From: Cyanophyceae cyanobacterium
Lineage (GTDB): Bacteria > Cyanobacteriota > Cyanobacteriia > Cyanobacteriales > Laspinemataceae
Assembly: GCA_038321985.1 (NCBI GenBank)
Contig: JBBQFN010000011.1
Location: 1-64,000, forward strand
Length of the DNA: 64,000 nucleotides
Direction of reading: 5' to 3'
Shown here: positions 50,701 through 59,715 of the stretch, one piece after another
Numbering within the stretch: position 1 is the first letter of the stretch
Layout of the letters: each line of letters opens with the position of its first letter
The notes under the pieces: generated by a model
The model's input: the letters and a program-made list of their open reading frames with translations, nothing else
Database searches by the model: none
Told to the model about the DNA's origin: nothing
Program-made: the position numbers and the translations under genes

Positions 50701-52122
50701 AAAAGCATCAACATCGGACAAATTAGGAGTATTATCTGTGCTGCTGACAATTTCTATATTTGTAGGGTCGAGTAAGAGCATTCCAGGAGTACCCTGAGGT
50801 GCGAGGGTATCTACTGTACCCTGAAAGTCTAAAAATTCCCGTCCCGATATTTCTACAAATCCGCCATTTTGAGGAGAGGTAGCGAGGTTAGAACCACCTC
50901 TAGCACTGACTTGTCCATAAAAGCGAGTGGTGTGATCGGACCAGATTATAATTCGTCCACCCTCTGCACCGGCGTGAGAATTGGCGACTGCGGCTGGATC
51001 TGTGAGAGAGAGTCCATCGGCACGAATGAGCGTATCGGCACTCACAAAGGTTCGAGAGGCGGTGGGAATTGGGTTAGTGCCTTGAAAGTCACCGCCAATC
51101 AGGACTGTACCGCCTCCGTCAATTCCGGAAGCATCAATTTTAGCATCAATGACAGCAACGCGATCGCCTAAAATTGTGATATTTGGCCGTGGATAGGAAT
51201 CAGGAGTGCGATCGCTGGCATCAATCGTTCCCGAGGCGATCGCATCCCCGACTTGTGGGTGAAGAGTGATTCCGGAACCTGTTAAGGCGATCGTCCCATC
51301 AGGATTCACTTCTACCCCCGTAGCACTTTGCAGGTTTCCGCCCGTTAGCAAGTCTGAAAGTGAGAGCGGATCTGGCACTGATATCGGTGTTCCTGCTGTC
51401 CGGAATCCCTCCGTTCCCGTTTCTACTTCTAAACTTAACAAATGTCCGGTTTGAGAGAGGCGAACCCGATGATGTCCGGGTATAGCAGCAAGGGTAATAT
51501 TTCCCCCAGGACTGGAAAGAGTACCCCTATTGAGAACACTACCCCCCATTAAAACCAATGCGTGACCAGGTTGCAATTCTAGCTGTCCAAAATTGGCAAC
51601 TGTTCCCGGTTTCAGTGAGTCAAAAACAAACTGCGCCGGGGTTCCGACTAACTCCTGCAAATTTTGATAACCTGCGGCATTAAACCAGGTATTGTTATCA
51701 AATCCAATCCCCGTTGCTGTGGTGGCAAAAAAATCTCCCGATACATTTAATTGGGCGTTTTGTCCAAAAATAATTCCGGCGGGATTCATCAAATATAGAG
51801 TAGCATTGCCCCCGGTAACTTGGATTAATCCATTGATCCAGGAAGCTGTACCCCCACTCACTCGCCCTAAAATATTTTGTAGAGTAGGATTAGATTGAAA
51901 ATTAGCAATTTCTCCGGGATTTAAGCCAAATTTTTCAAAGCTATGAAAAAGATTTACTCCATCTTGGGAAACTGTCCCTCCAGTGATGTCATATTGATTC
52001 CCATTCCAGTTAACTTGGGTGTTGATACCATCAACCGCCGGTAAAATTTCTTGCGCACTCGATAAATTAACTTCCGTGAATAGCACAACGAGACTGAATA
52101 AAATAGGAGGGATTAATTTCAT
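47746..52122 (-). CDS. Secreted filamentous-haemagglutinin (TPS) N-domain protein with a polyproline repeat linker and C-terminal CHAT protease domain
   Basis: Signal peptide, NLFHSF and NPAGIIFG TPS motifs, beta-helix repeats; CHAT motifs HLATH, LSACQTA and HPYYWAGF..IGSPW. Confidence 0.9.
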   Translation of the reverse strand: MKLIPPILFSLVVLFTEVNLSSAQEILPAVDGINTQVNWNGNQYDITGGTVSQDGVNLFHSFEKFGLNPGEIANFQSNPTLQNILGRVSGGTASWINGLIQVTGGNATLYLMNPAGIIFGQNAQLNVSGDFFATTATGIGFDNNTWFNAAGYQNLQELVGTPAQFVFDSLKPGTVANFGQLELQPGHALVLMGGSVLNRGTLSSPGGNITLAAIPGHHRVRLSQTGHLLSLEVETGTEGFRTAGTPISVPDPLSLSDLLTGGNLQSATGVEVNPDGTIALTGSGITLHPQVGDAIASGTIDASDRTPDSYPRPNITILGDRVAVIDAKIDASGIDGGGTVLIGGDFQGTNPIPTASRTFVSADTLIRADGLSLTDPAAVANSHAGAEGGRIIIWSDHTTRFYGQVSARGGSNLATSPQNGGFVEISGREFLDFQGTVDTLAPQGTPGMLLLDPTNIEIVSSTDNTPNLSDVDAFADPDLGEPTQIAVEVINNATTNVTLQATNDITISTPIAIQTPGVGFNAEAGNWIAVYGNIQTNQGDITLTANQSGTGGLFIDSSAILSSSGGNITLTSNTGTNPGGSGIQSGAIASKGGNVLLTSSEDIEVISIDASGGTNGKGGRIEINAGEFFRATGTLGDRLDIPTSLYTADVNGNEEIVIRHGGDSETPFIVGDARTNGTVGGIFTRTDGINNILLSSDRTQGNIAIVSNSSQPSPTQPAPTQPAPTQTPPPGGTQSPPSPGGTQSPPPPGGNQSPPPPPGGTQTPPPPPPGGTQSPPPPGGNQSPPPPPGGTQSPPPPGGTQSPPPPGGTQSPPPPPGGTQSPPPPPGGTQTPPPPPPGGTQTPPPPPPPGGTQSPPPPPPGGTQSPPPPPPGGTQTPPPPPPPGGTQTPPPPPPPGGTQTPPPPPPPGGTQTPPPPPRGIQGLFPNQVPTPPQQQQPGQSQPNSNLNPLNNPNQAIASPSGAGIVPPAPILTIEPVPPVPGTGVQPAIALAPGGPNSSSLGAIAPQPAPNTPPSQLRGGNTPSPGGSLPQAQVPSPPIPMNVANITQSLEAGNVNSAVLQIDRLQDQQFANYLGTDLSQQPVQSTESIRDTLENITQQTDTKPAIIYTLLLPDQLELVLVTTEGKPIRKTIPQANREAVMQAALELRQQIANPRMRSSKRYLEIAQTLYQWLISPIQEELAAQNIDTLLFSMDAGLRGLPIAALHDGEQFLIEKYAIALIPSISLTDMRYISLRNSRVLAMGASQFTQLSPLPAVPLELSTIAEQLWQGQAFLNESFTRTNLIAKRQEYPYQIIHLATHAQFNAGEQKNSFIQLWNEQLHLDELRTLGWNNPQVELLVLSACQTAVGDETAELGFAGLALAAGVKSALASLWYVSDEGTLALMTEFYQQLGEVPIKAQALQDAQLSLLRGEVKIAEGELRGTGSLRGVQLPSDLVGAENTDLSHPYYWAGFTMIGSPW
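49372..49993 (-). repeat. In-frame tandem repeat: 18 GG(T/N)Q(S/T)P4-7-type units preceded by TQPAP units
   Basis: Units of 27-36 nt with embedded (CCA)n tracts, counted from the translation (the first unit is GGTQSPPSP). Confidence 0.95.
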
Positions 52123-52336
52123 TTTTACTGCTGATTTAAGCGAGTTTGGAGTTGATGGATCTAGAAACTTTTGTCACTACCAGTTGTGGGATACAGAAGA
52201 TTGCACAAAATAGATGCTGTTGATTGTCCTAAACCCAGGGCGATCGCCAGGGACGAAAAGTGGCAGAAGTGATTAGGGTACAAACCCGGGCGAAGGAGCA
52301 AAAGGACTGATAAAATAAGGGGAAACAGCTAAGGAA

Positions 52337-53380
52337 TTGGGACTTGTGTTAGCGGCATTACTCTACGGAAAAGAAGACTTACGTTTAGAGATTGTACCTG
52401 ATCCTACCCCGGATTTGGGTGAAGTAATCATTCGAGTGAAAACCGCCACGACTTGCGGAACGGATTTGAAGGTGTGGCGACGTGGGGGTCATGCAAAAAT
52501 GTTGCAGCTTCCCACCTTATTCGGACATGAGGCAGCGGGGGAAATTGTGGCAATTGGGGAAGGAGTCCAAGGATGGCAAATTGGCGATCGTGTGGTTGCT
52601 AATAATTCCGCCCCTTGCTTCCATTGTTTTTTCTGCGATCGCCACGCCTATTCCCTCTGTCCTAATTTAACTTGGAATAACGGAACTTTTGCCGAATATT
52701 TGAAAATTCCGGCTGCTATCGTTCAGTCTAATTTATTAGCAATTCCCCTGAATTTACCTAATGAATTAGCCTCTTTAACTGAACCTTTAGCCTGCGTCTT
52801 ACATGGAATTGACCGCTCATCTATTCACCCCGGTGACTGGGTTGTGGTGATTGGGGATGGGGCGATCGGCTTAATGTTTGTCGCAGTTTTAGCAACTCAG
52901 GGCGCTCAAGTTATTTTATTCGGCGGTAATGACTCCCGCTTGGAAATCGGTCACCAAATGGGAGCATTGCAGACTTTTAACTATCATCAATTACAACAAC
53001 CCATTCCAGACAAGGTGCGATCGCTCACCGATGGATGGGGTGCGGATGTAGTAATCGAAGCAACAGGAGTGCCGGAAGTCTGGGAAACCGCCATCGCCTG
53101 TGGTCGTCCAGGTTCTATTATTAACTTATTTGGGGGTTGTCCAAAAGATACAACAATCCAGGTTAATACCGGACAATTACATTACAGTGAACTCACCTTA
53201 AAAGGGGTATTTCATAACACACCCCACCACGTCCGAGAAGCACTTTCTACCATTGCCAGCCGACAGATTCCCTTAGAATTGTTACTTACGGACTGCCGTC
53301 CCTTAAAAGACTTAGAAAGCACCTTCCAGGATATGCGCGATCGCAAGGCAATCAAAGTGGCGATCGTTCCGGAAGGATGA
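52337..53380 (+). CDS. Zinc-dependent alcohol dehydrogenase (MDR, threonine/sorbitol dehydrogenase-like)
   Basis: CGTD, GHE, CFHCFFC...C structural Zn site, GDGAIG. Confidence 0.9.
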   Translation: MGLVLAALLYGKEDLRLEIVPDPTPDLGEVIIRVKTATTCGTDLKVWRRGGHAKMLQLPTLFGHEAAGEIVAIGEGVQGWQIGDRVVANNSAPCFHCFFCDRHAYSLCPNLTWNNGTFAEYLKIPAAIVQSNLLAIPLNLPNELASLTEPLACVLHGIDRSSIHPGDWVVVIGDGAIGLMFVAVLATQGAQVILFGGNDSRLEIGHQMGALQTFNYHQLQQPIPDKVRSLTDGWGADVVIEATGVPEVWETAIACGRPGSIINLFGGCPKDTTIQVNTGQLHYSELTLKGVFHNTPHHVREALSTIASRQIPLELLLTDCRPLKDLESTFQDMRDRKAIKVAIVPEG

Positions 53381-53475
53381 GGGGGGAATGAAGAGTAACC
53401 CGTTTTACTTGTCCCTTGGGAAAGTTATCGGTTACTTCCGGTTCTCTCTTCCATTTTCCACCTTTATCCTTTCCT

Positions 53476-53826
53476 TCACCCCCCTTGCCAAATACCACAA
53501 TAAATGCTTTGAACTGCGAGTGCAATTCGATGTAAATCCTCCTTTAACAAAGGCGGCCAATCTACGCCCGAGTTCCAGCCGGTTTCAAAAAGCTGTTGAC
53601 TTTCCACCGTCAGAAGATACAATGCCCAGACCAAGTTGCGATCTAAATTTTTGCTGTCTTTTACTCCCTCAAAAACAGCTTTAAGAGCTAATAAAATAGC
53701 CGTAACTTGACCAGGAATCGGCGGTTTCCCCTGTTGGAGACGCCGGAGGAAATCATCGGGATTGCGCTGAGAACTTAGGGCAGTTCCCTGGTCCATCAAA
53801 AAATTGTAGGCAGTTGGGTAATCCAT
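53476..53826 (-). CDS. Conserved cyanobacterial hypothetical protein
   Basis: MDYPTAYNFL..QG...RLQQGKPPIPGQVTAILLALK...WPPLLKEDL pattern; ATG at 53826. Confidence 0.7.
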   Translation of the reverse strand: MDYPTAYNFLMDQGTALSSQRNPDDFLRRLQQGKPPIPGQVTAILLALKAVFEGVKDSKNLDRNLVWALYLLTVESQQLFETGWNSGVDWPPLLKEDLHRIALAVQSIYCGIWQGG

Positions 53827-54256
53827 CGTTTTTTTTAAGCCAACAAAATTGGGCGATCGCATTGTATCTTACTCTAACGCCAACCTAGAACCCGCGATCG
53901 CCTGGGATTGGATTACGGGCTATCATGCAGCGCTAGAGGATGTCTAAATCCTCATGAGTCCGAGAAACGCTATATAATCCCCAAATAATATCAATCAACT
54001 GCTACAACCTAACCTCCCATGAACAAATAAACGCCGCCTTTTTTCCTTTCAAAACTCGACCAAAGGAACGCTGATTTTATACCGGGGAATACTCAGTTTT
54101 ACCATTCCCCTCCAGCCAGTCTTATCCCTCCCGAAGAATTACCAAAGAGGAGTTTCACTCCGGTTGTAGAATGTCAATCTAGAAGAAAGACAGACAGGGC
54201 GATCGCACCGGCAATCCAGCCCTCCTGATTCTCTCATCATCGCCTACACAGAAGAA

Positions 54257-54823
54257 ATGGCCTATTTATCTCAATTAGAAGCACTAATCATTCGGGAAAT
54301 GAATCAAGCGCGCACCCATCCGGGGGAGTATGCGAATCAACTTGAAACCCTCAAAAACTATTACCAGGACAGACTGTTTCAACGCCCTGGAGAAACCCCA
54401 GTGAGAACCCAAGAAGGAATTAGTGCCGTTAATGAAGCGATTCATGCCCTGAAAACAATGGATCCAAAACCGGCCTTGCGACCCTCCCCAGGGATGTCTC
54501 AAGCAGCAGCGGATTTAGTCAAGGACCAAGGGCCGCGAGGGGCAACGGGACATCTCGGCAGCGATCGCAGGACCCCCTTTGATCGCCTCAACCGTTATGG
54601 ACGCTGGGGCGGTAGTGCAGCCGAAAATATTAGCTATGGTCCCGATACCGCCGAACAAGTGGTCATGCAATTGATTGTCGATGATGGGGTGAGTAGTCGC
54701 GGCCACCGGGAGAACATCTTCAACGGCGAATTGCGCTGGACTGGGGTCGCTTGTGGCCCTCATGAAAAGTACCGATGGATGTCTGTGATTGTCTATGCCA
54801 AGCAATATGACGAACAGGAGTAA
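54257..54823 (+). CDS. CAP/SCP-domain protein
   Basis: EMNQAR, GH.GSD, AENISYG, GHRENI and GVACGPH motifs. Confidence 0.85.
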   Translation: MAYLSQLEALIIREMNQARTHPGEYANQLETLKNYYQDRLFQRPGETPVRTQEGISAVNEAIHALKTMDPKPALRPSPGMSQAAADLVKDQGPRGATGHLGSDRRTPFDRLNRYGRWGGSAAENISYGPDTAEQVVMQLIVDDGVSSRGHRENIFNGELRWTGVACGPHEKYRWMSVIVYAKQYDEQE

Positions 54824-54829
54824 TACTCC

Positions 54830-54955
54830 ATACGGTAGTTATAGGTCCGTTAAAATGAGCGCAACTTAGTGGACCCCACCCTAAGCCTCCCCAAGGCATC
54901 GGGGAGGGAACAATCAGATGAAATTAAAATAACTTTTCATGCCCGGATTTGGTAT
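54830..54955. repeat. Short REP/MITE-like palindromic element
   Basis: CCCCACCCTAAG-CCTCCCC..GGGGAGG hairpin core ending in CCGGATTTGGTAT. Resembles dispersed cyanobacterial repeats (from recall). Confidence 0.45.
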
Positions 54956-55191
54956 GGAAAGTCCGTTTTCTCGATGACCCTGGGTAGGAAGTCTATAGCC
55001 CTAACGGGTATGGCTTCATTAATTTTCCTATAGTCCCACCCTTGAGGGTTCGGGTTCTTGCCAGATGCCGAATTCAGACCTCATCCCTAAATAATAGGGT
55101 CCACTTTCAAGCAGAACCTTAATTTTTGCGGCATACTTAGATGTTATTTGTTAAAAATTAATCCCTCACCGCCGCAATTGCTGGTTTTTCC

Positions 55192-58100
55192 ATGACGCTG
55201 ACGCAAGTTTGGGGAACGTTACTTATATTCACCCTCTGTCCAATCTTAGGGGCTTTGCCCTTGATTGATTGGATCACTCGCGCCCTAACGGGGCAGGATT
55301 TGCGGCGGGTGGGAACCGGGAATATTGGCGTCTCGGCGGCGTTCTATCATGGCGGACGGGTTACAGGAATCTTAGCCGTCATATCCGAGGCGTTAAAAGG
55401 AATTTTAGCGGTATTGCTGGCGCGGCAGTTTTTCCCCCAGCATCCAGAATGGGAATTAATTGCCTTAATTGCCCTAGTTATGGGTCGTTACTGGAAAGGA
55501 CGAGGGGCAGGGACCACCAATGTAGTTTGGGGTTTTGCAGTCCATGACCCCGTCGCTGCGGGGTTGATTTTTTTGATTGGGGGGATTAGTTTTACTCTGG
55601 TACGAGAACGTCAGCAGGGACGGACCTTAGTTTTGGTCCTGTTGCCGCTGATTACTGCTGCCTTGCACTCCCAGCAAGTAGAACGAATCGCAGCAGCGAT
55701 CGCCCTGGGGGTAATACTCTACTGGATTTACCAAAAAATGCCTGACGATTTAGATTTGCCCACCGCCACGAGTCACGGAGAATCTGAGAAGATGTTTCGT
55801 TTTTTCCGAGGCGATCGCGCCGTTGTGTCTCTCGACAAGGAACTAGAATCAGCCAAAGTTGGTGCAAAAGCCGCGACATTAGCTGCCCTCAAGCAGTCAG
55901 GCTATCCCGTTCCCCAGGGATGGGTGCTACCCCCAGGAGACGACCCAGCCCCCCTGATTGCCTATCTGGAACCCTCCGAGGAATCTCCCCTGATTGTCCG
56001 GTCCTCAGCCATTGGTGAAGATAGCGAAACCGCCTCTGCTGCGGGTCAATATCTCTCCATTGCTAATGTTGTCTCTCGCCCCCATTTAACCGAAGCCATT
56101 ACTCGCTGCTTAACCTCCTACGATCGCCCTAATGCCGCTGAATATCGCCGGAATTCCGGCCAACGAGGCAGACAAGGCAATCGTCCAGTCCCACGAGATG
56201 CGATGGCAGTTCTGATTCAACCCCAAATTCCCGGCGTCTTTTCCGGTGTCGCCTTCAGCCGGGACCCCATCGCCGGACAAGGGGATTTTGTGGCGATCGA
56301 AGCCTTACCCGGAGACTGTTCCCGCGTCGTCTCCGGACAAGTCACCCCGGAACGTTACCAAGTTTTTATCTCCGCTGCCGATGTCGATGCCACCGCAAGC
56401 TGGAGGTTGCCAGATGACCAACAACTGCCCCTCGAAGGCACCGGGGATGTCCCCCGACGATTGTTACAACAAGTAGCCTATCTCGTCCGCCATCTGGAAA
56501 ATCACTATCACGGGATCCCCCAAGATATCGAATGGACTTACGATGGCGCTAGCCTTTGGCTATTACAAGCGCGTCCTATCACTACCCTGCTGCCAATCTG
56601 GACCCGCAAAATTGCTGCCGAAGTTATCCCCGGCACCATTCGCCCCCTCACCTGGTCCTTGAATCGTCCCCTCACCTGCGGCGTTTGGGGGAAACTCTTT
56701 AGCCTGGTTTTAGGCAAACGCGCCCGGAATCTGGATTTTCTACAAACCGCTACCCTGCATTTTTCTCACGCCTACTTTAACGCCTCCTTACTCGGGGAAA
56801 TCTTCCAACTCATGGGTTTACCCCCAGAAAGTCTAGAATTTTTGACCCGAGGTGCTCCTTTCAGCAAACCTCCCTTAACCTCTACCCTAATCTCCCTCCC
56901 GGGATTGCTGCGCTTGCTACGGCGAGAAGTCAGACTGGGATTTAATTTTGATGAAATCGAACAAAACCGCTTTGCCCCCGCTTTAGCCGCCCTGGAGTCT
57001 CAAAAAACTCTCCCCCTGTCTGATGAAACGGGACCCGGATCGGGGAATTCTCGATTAGACCCCCAATCCCTCCTGCAACGGATAGACGAGATTTTAGAGT
57101 TGCTAGAGACCCTCACCTATTACAACATTTTAACCCCCCTGAGTCTTGCCTTGAGAAAGGGAATGCTCAAAGTCAGCGATCGCGAATTGGATTATGGTAA
57201 AACCCCGGAAGTTTCCGCAATCCAAGCCCTCCAAGAAATCGCTAACGCCGCCCTTTTAGTCCTGCCCGACTTAGACGAAATTAGTCTACCCGGCGATAAA
57301 ACCGGCGATTGTTCCCAACTGTTTGCCGTCCTCGCGGAAATGCCGGAGGGACAAACTATTTTTGACCAATTCGACGAATTTCTTAACCGTTACGGTTATT
57401 TGAGCGATGTTGCCACAGATATCGCCGTTCCTACTTGGAAAGAAGACCCCCGACCCGTCCGCCAACTGTTTACTCAGCAGTTGTTTCAACCCTCCCCTCT
57501 CGTAGACCACCCCAAATCCCAACGACTAAAAGCCCAAATTGTCCAAAGTCGTCTCGACTTAAAAGGGCGGGTTGCGGTTATTTATAACAAATTATTGGCA
57601 CATTTGCGGTGGAGTTTCTTAGCCTTGGAGCAGCATTTTATAGAAACTGAAATGATATCTCAATCCGGGGATATTTTTTTCTTAGAATTTGCTGAAATTC
57701 GGCAATTAGTATCCGGTTCAAATCGGGAATTGAGAGAGGGTCTACGCCCATTGATTGCAGATAGACGCGATGCCTTCGCCCGGGATAAAAAATTGCAATC
57801 CGTGCCTTCTGTGGTGTATGGAAATACACCCGCCCTTCCCTCTACGGTAACTCGCACAGTCGTTGATATTTCCCAAGGATTGCGCGGCATTGGTGCCAGT
57901 GCCGGAGTTGTCGAAGGTCGAGTCAAAGTGCTTCGCAACTTACAAGAAATCCCGGCGATCGACAAGCAAACCATTCTGGTAGTCCCCTACACTGATGCTG
58001 GTTGGTCCCCGGTATTGGCTCGTGCAGGGGGGTTAATTTCTGAAGTGGGAGGGCAACTCTCCCACGGGGCGATCGTTGCTCGTGAGTATGGAATTCCGGC

Positions 58101-58200
58101 CGTCATGGATGTAACCGATGCCACATCTCGCCTTCAAGATGGGCAACGAGTTCGCATCGATGGCGCACAGGGTACCGTCACTCTTGTGGGGGAAAAATAA
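55192..58200 (+). CDS. Fusion of a PlsY-like membrane domain with PEP-synthase-family ATP-grasp, central and phospho-His swivel domains
   Basis: N-terminal DLRRVGTGNIG and multiple TMs; GAKAATL, VRSSAIGED, QDIEW..LLQARPIT; C-terminal GGQLSHGAIVAREYGIP. Confidence 0.85.
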   Translation: MTLTQVWGTLLIFTLCPILGALPLIDWITRALTGQDLRRVGTGNIGVSAAFYHGGRVTGILAVISEALKGILAVLLARQFFPQHPEWELIALIALVMGRYWKGRGAGTTNVVWGFAVHDPVAAGLIFLIGGISFTLVRERQQGRTLVLVLLPLITAALHSQQVERIAAAIALGVILYWIYQKMPDDLDLPTATSHGESEKMFRFFRGDRAVVSLDKELESAKVGAKAATLAALKQSGYPVPQGWVLPPGDDPAPLIAYLEPSEESPLIVRSSAIGEDSETASAAGQYLSIANVVSRPHLTEAITRCLTSYDRPNAAEYRRNSGQRGRQGNRPVPRDAMAVLIQPQIPGVFSGVAFSRDPIAGQGDFVAIEALPGDCSRVVSGQVTPERYQVFISAADVDATASWRLPDDQQLPLEGTGDVPRRLLQQVAYLVRHLENHYHGIPQDIEWTYDGASLWLLQARPITTLLPIWTRKIAAEVIPGTIRPLTWSLNRPLTCGVWGKLFSLVLGKRARNLDFLQTATLHFSHAYFNASLLGEIFQLMGLPPESLEFLTRGAPFSKPPLTSTLISLPGLLRLLRREVRLGFNFDEIEQNRFAPALAALESQKTLPLSDETGPGSGNSRLDPQSLLQRIDEILELLETLTYYNILTPLSLALRKGMLKVSDRELDYGKTPEVSAIQALQEIANAALLVLPDLDEISLPGDKTGDCSQLFAVLAEMPEGQTIFDQFDEFLNRYGYLSDVATDIAVPTWKEDPRPVRQLFTQQLFQPSPLVDHPKSQRLKAQIVQSRLDLKGRVAVIYNKLLAHLRWSFLALEQHFIETEMISQSGDIFFLEFAEIRQLVSGSNRELREGLRPLIADRRDAFARDKKLQSVPSVVYGNTPALPSTVTRTVVDISQGLRGIGASAGVVEGRVKVLRNLQEIPAIDKQTILVVPYTDAGWSPVLARAGGLISEVGGQLSHGAIVAREYGIPAVMDVTDATSRLQDGQRVRIDGAQGTVTLVGEK

Positions 58201-58289
58201 AGCGTCTCACTTGTTATCCCCAATCGGGTCTCCTCCCCTTCTTTCCCTCTCTTCAGGGTGCCGGAAACCCAGCCAAACCCTTACTCACT

Positions 58290-59075
58290 TCATTCGCCAC
58301 CTTTAAACATTTTTCCCACTAAATTTACTAAAAACTGACGGGGGAAGAAGCGCGGTAAATTAACAATAATATGAGCTTTAAAGGTTCCCGATACTACCAC
58401 AAGTTGATTTTTTTCCAAGCCGCGTAGGGAGTCTTGAACTACCTTTTCGGCGGACACTAGGGTGATATTTTTATTATCTTTCATGGTGTCTGGAAAAGCA
58501 GCTTGTTGGAAAAAATTGCTAGTGGTGGGACCGGGACAAAGCGCTTGAATACGGAGGTTGAAGTCGAGGTTTTCAGCCCATAGTGCTTCGGTAAAACTGA
58601 GGACGAAGGCTTTAGAAGCAGCATAGACAGATAGATAGGGAATAGATTGGAATCCTCCAATGGATGCAACATTAATGATGCTACCCGATCGCCGTTGCTG
58701 CATTTCCGGTAACACACAGTGGGTAAGTTCTACTAGGGCGGCAATATTCAACTGGATCATCTCCAACTGGCGCGTGCAACTGCGACTGGCAAAGGGACCG
58801 TAGTCCCCAAATCCCGCATTATTAATTAATAAATCAACTTTCAATCCTCGCTCTATTACTGTATTATAAAGAGTTGTACCGGAGTGCGGTTTTACGAGGT
58901 CTTGGACAATGACTTCCACCTGAATCGGATACTCATCTCGAAGTTGCTGGGCGAGGGTATTTAGTTTATCTTCAGACCGAGCCACGAGAATTAAATTTTG
59001 ATGACGACGCGCTAGTTCTCGGGCAAAAGCAGCACCAATCCCCGAAGAAGCTCCCGTAATTAAAGCAGTTTCCAT
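58290..59075 (-). CDS. Short-chain dehydrogenase/reductase
   Basis: TGASSGIG, NNAG and YAASK motifs. Confidence 0.92.
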   Translation of the reverse strand: METALITGASSGIGAAFARELARRHQNLILVARSEDKLNTLAQQLRDEYPIQVEVIVQDLVKPHSGTTLYNTVIERGLKVDLLINNAGFGDYGPFASRSCTRQLEMIQLNIAALVELTHCVLPEMQQRRSGSIINVASIGGFQSIPYLSVYAASKAFVLSFTEALWAENLDFNLRIQALCPGPTTSNFFQQAAFPDTMKDNKNITLVSAEKVVQDSLRGLEKNQLVVVSGTFKAHIIVNLPRFFPRQFLVNLVGKMFKGGE

Positions 59076-59715
59076 TCCTATCCTGATTATTAGCTAAACC
59101 TTGAGTGAACGCCTCCATTAAAGTAGGCCGATCCACCAAATTATAAACGTTGCCTTACGTCCGTAGCGATCGCCCGGACCCCCAAGGCATGGATAGCGAT
59201 CGCCTATCAGTAGGGGCAATCTAGTCAGGGTATCCGGCGATCGCATACAATTTATCCAGGCAGTTGGACTGCACCCACTCCTCCAGGCGACCCAGGGGAC
59301 GGTAAAACTATCCCCAAATCACGAGTGGCGATCGCCTCGATACCAATCTTCTGCCCTCAACCCCCCTTTATTTTCCTTCTCCATGCCGGTTAAAAGTCAC
59401 TCCCAGATGGGCTGATCCTGCTACTCTTAAGTTATATCTTCGGAGAATTCTGAGGTCTAAACGCGCCACCTGTGTTCCCCGTAATGCTAAAGTATCAGTT
59501 TACTTACAGGTAGCTGAACGCCCCGCAATTGAGGATAATAAGGGAAAATCAAATCAGAAGCCTATCTAAAGACCTGCGATCGCCCCGACTCATTACCTTG
59601 CTAGCGATTTCAAATCCGAACGACGGGGAAATTCGCTTGATTGGTTCAGTTTGGGCAAAGCCGTCTTCTGAACCTGCGACCGTTCTCTACCCATTCAGTC
59701 GAGAGCTGCAAGACT

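Noticed and set aside
53476..53826. C-terminal GG (…GIWQGG) as the missing ubiquitin-like substrate for the JAB/MoeB pair
   Set aside because: The protein looks all-helical rather than beta-grasp and lies about 6 kb away, so the GG is probably coincidental.
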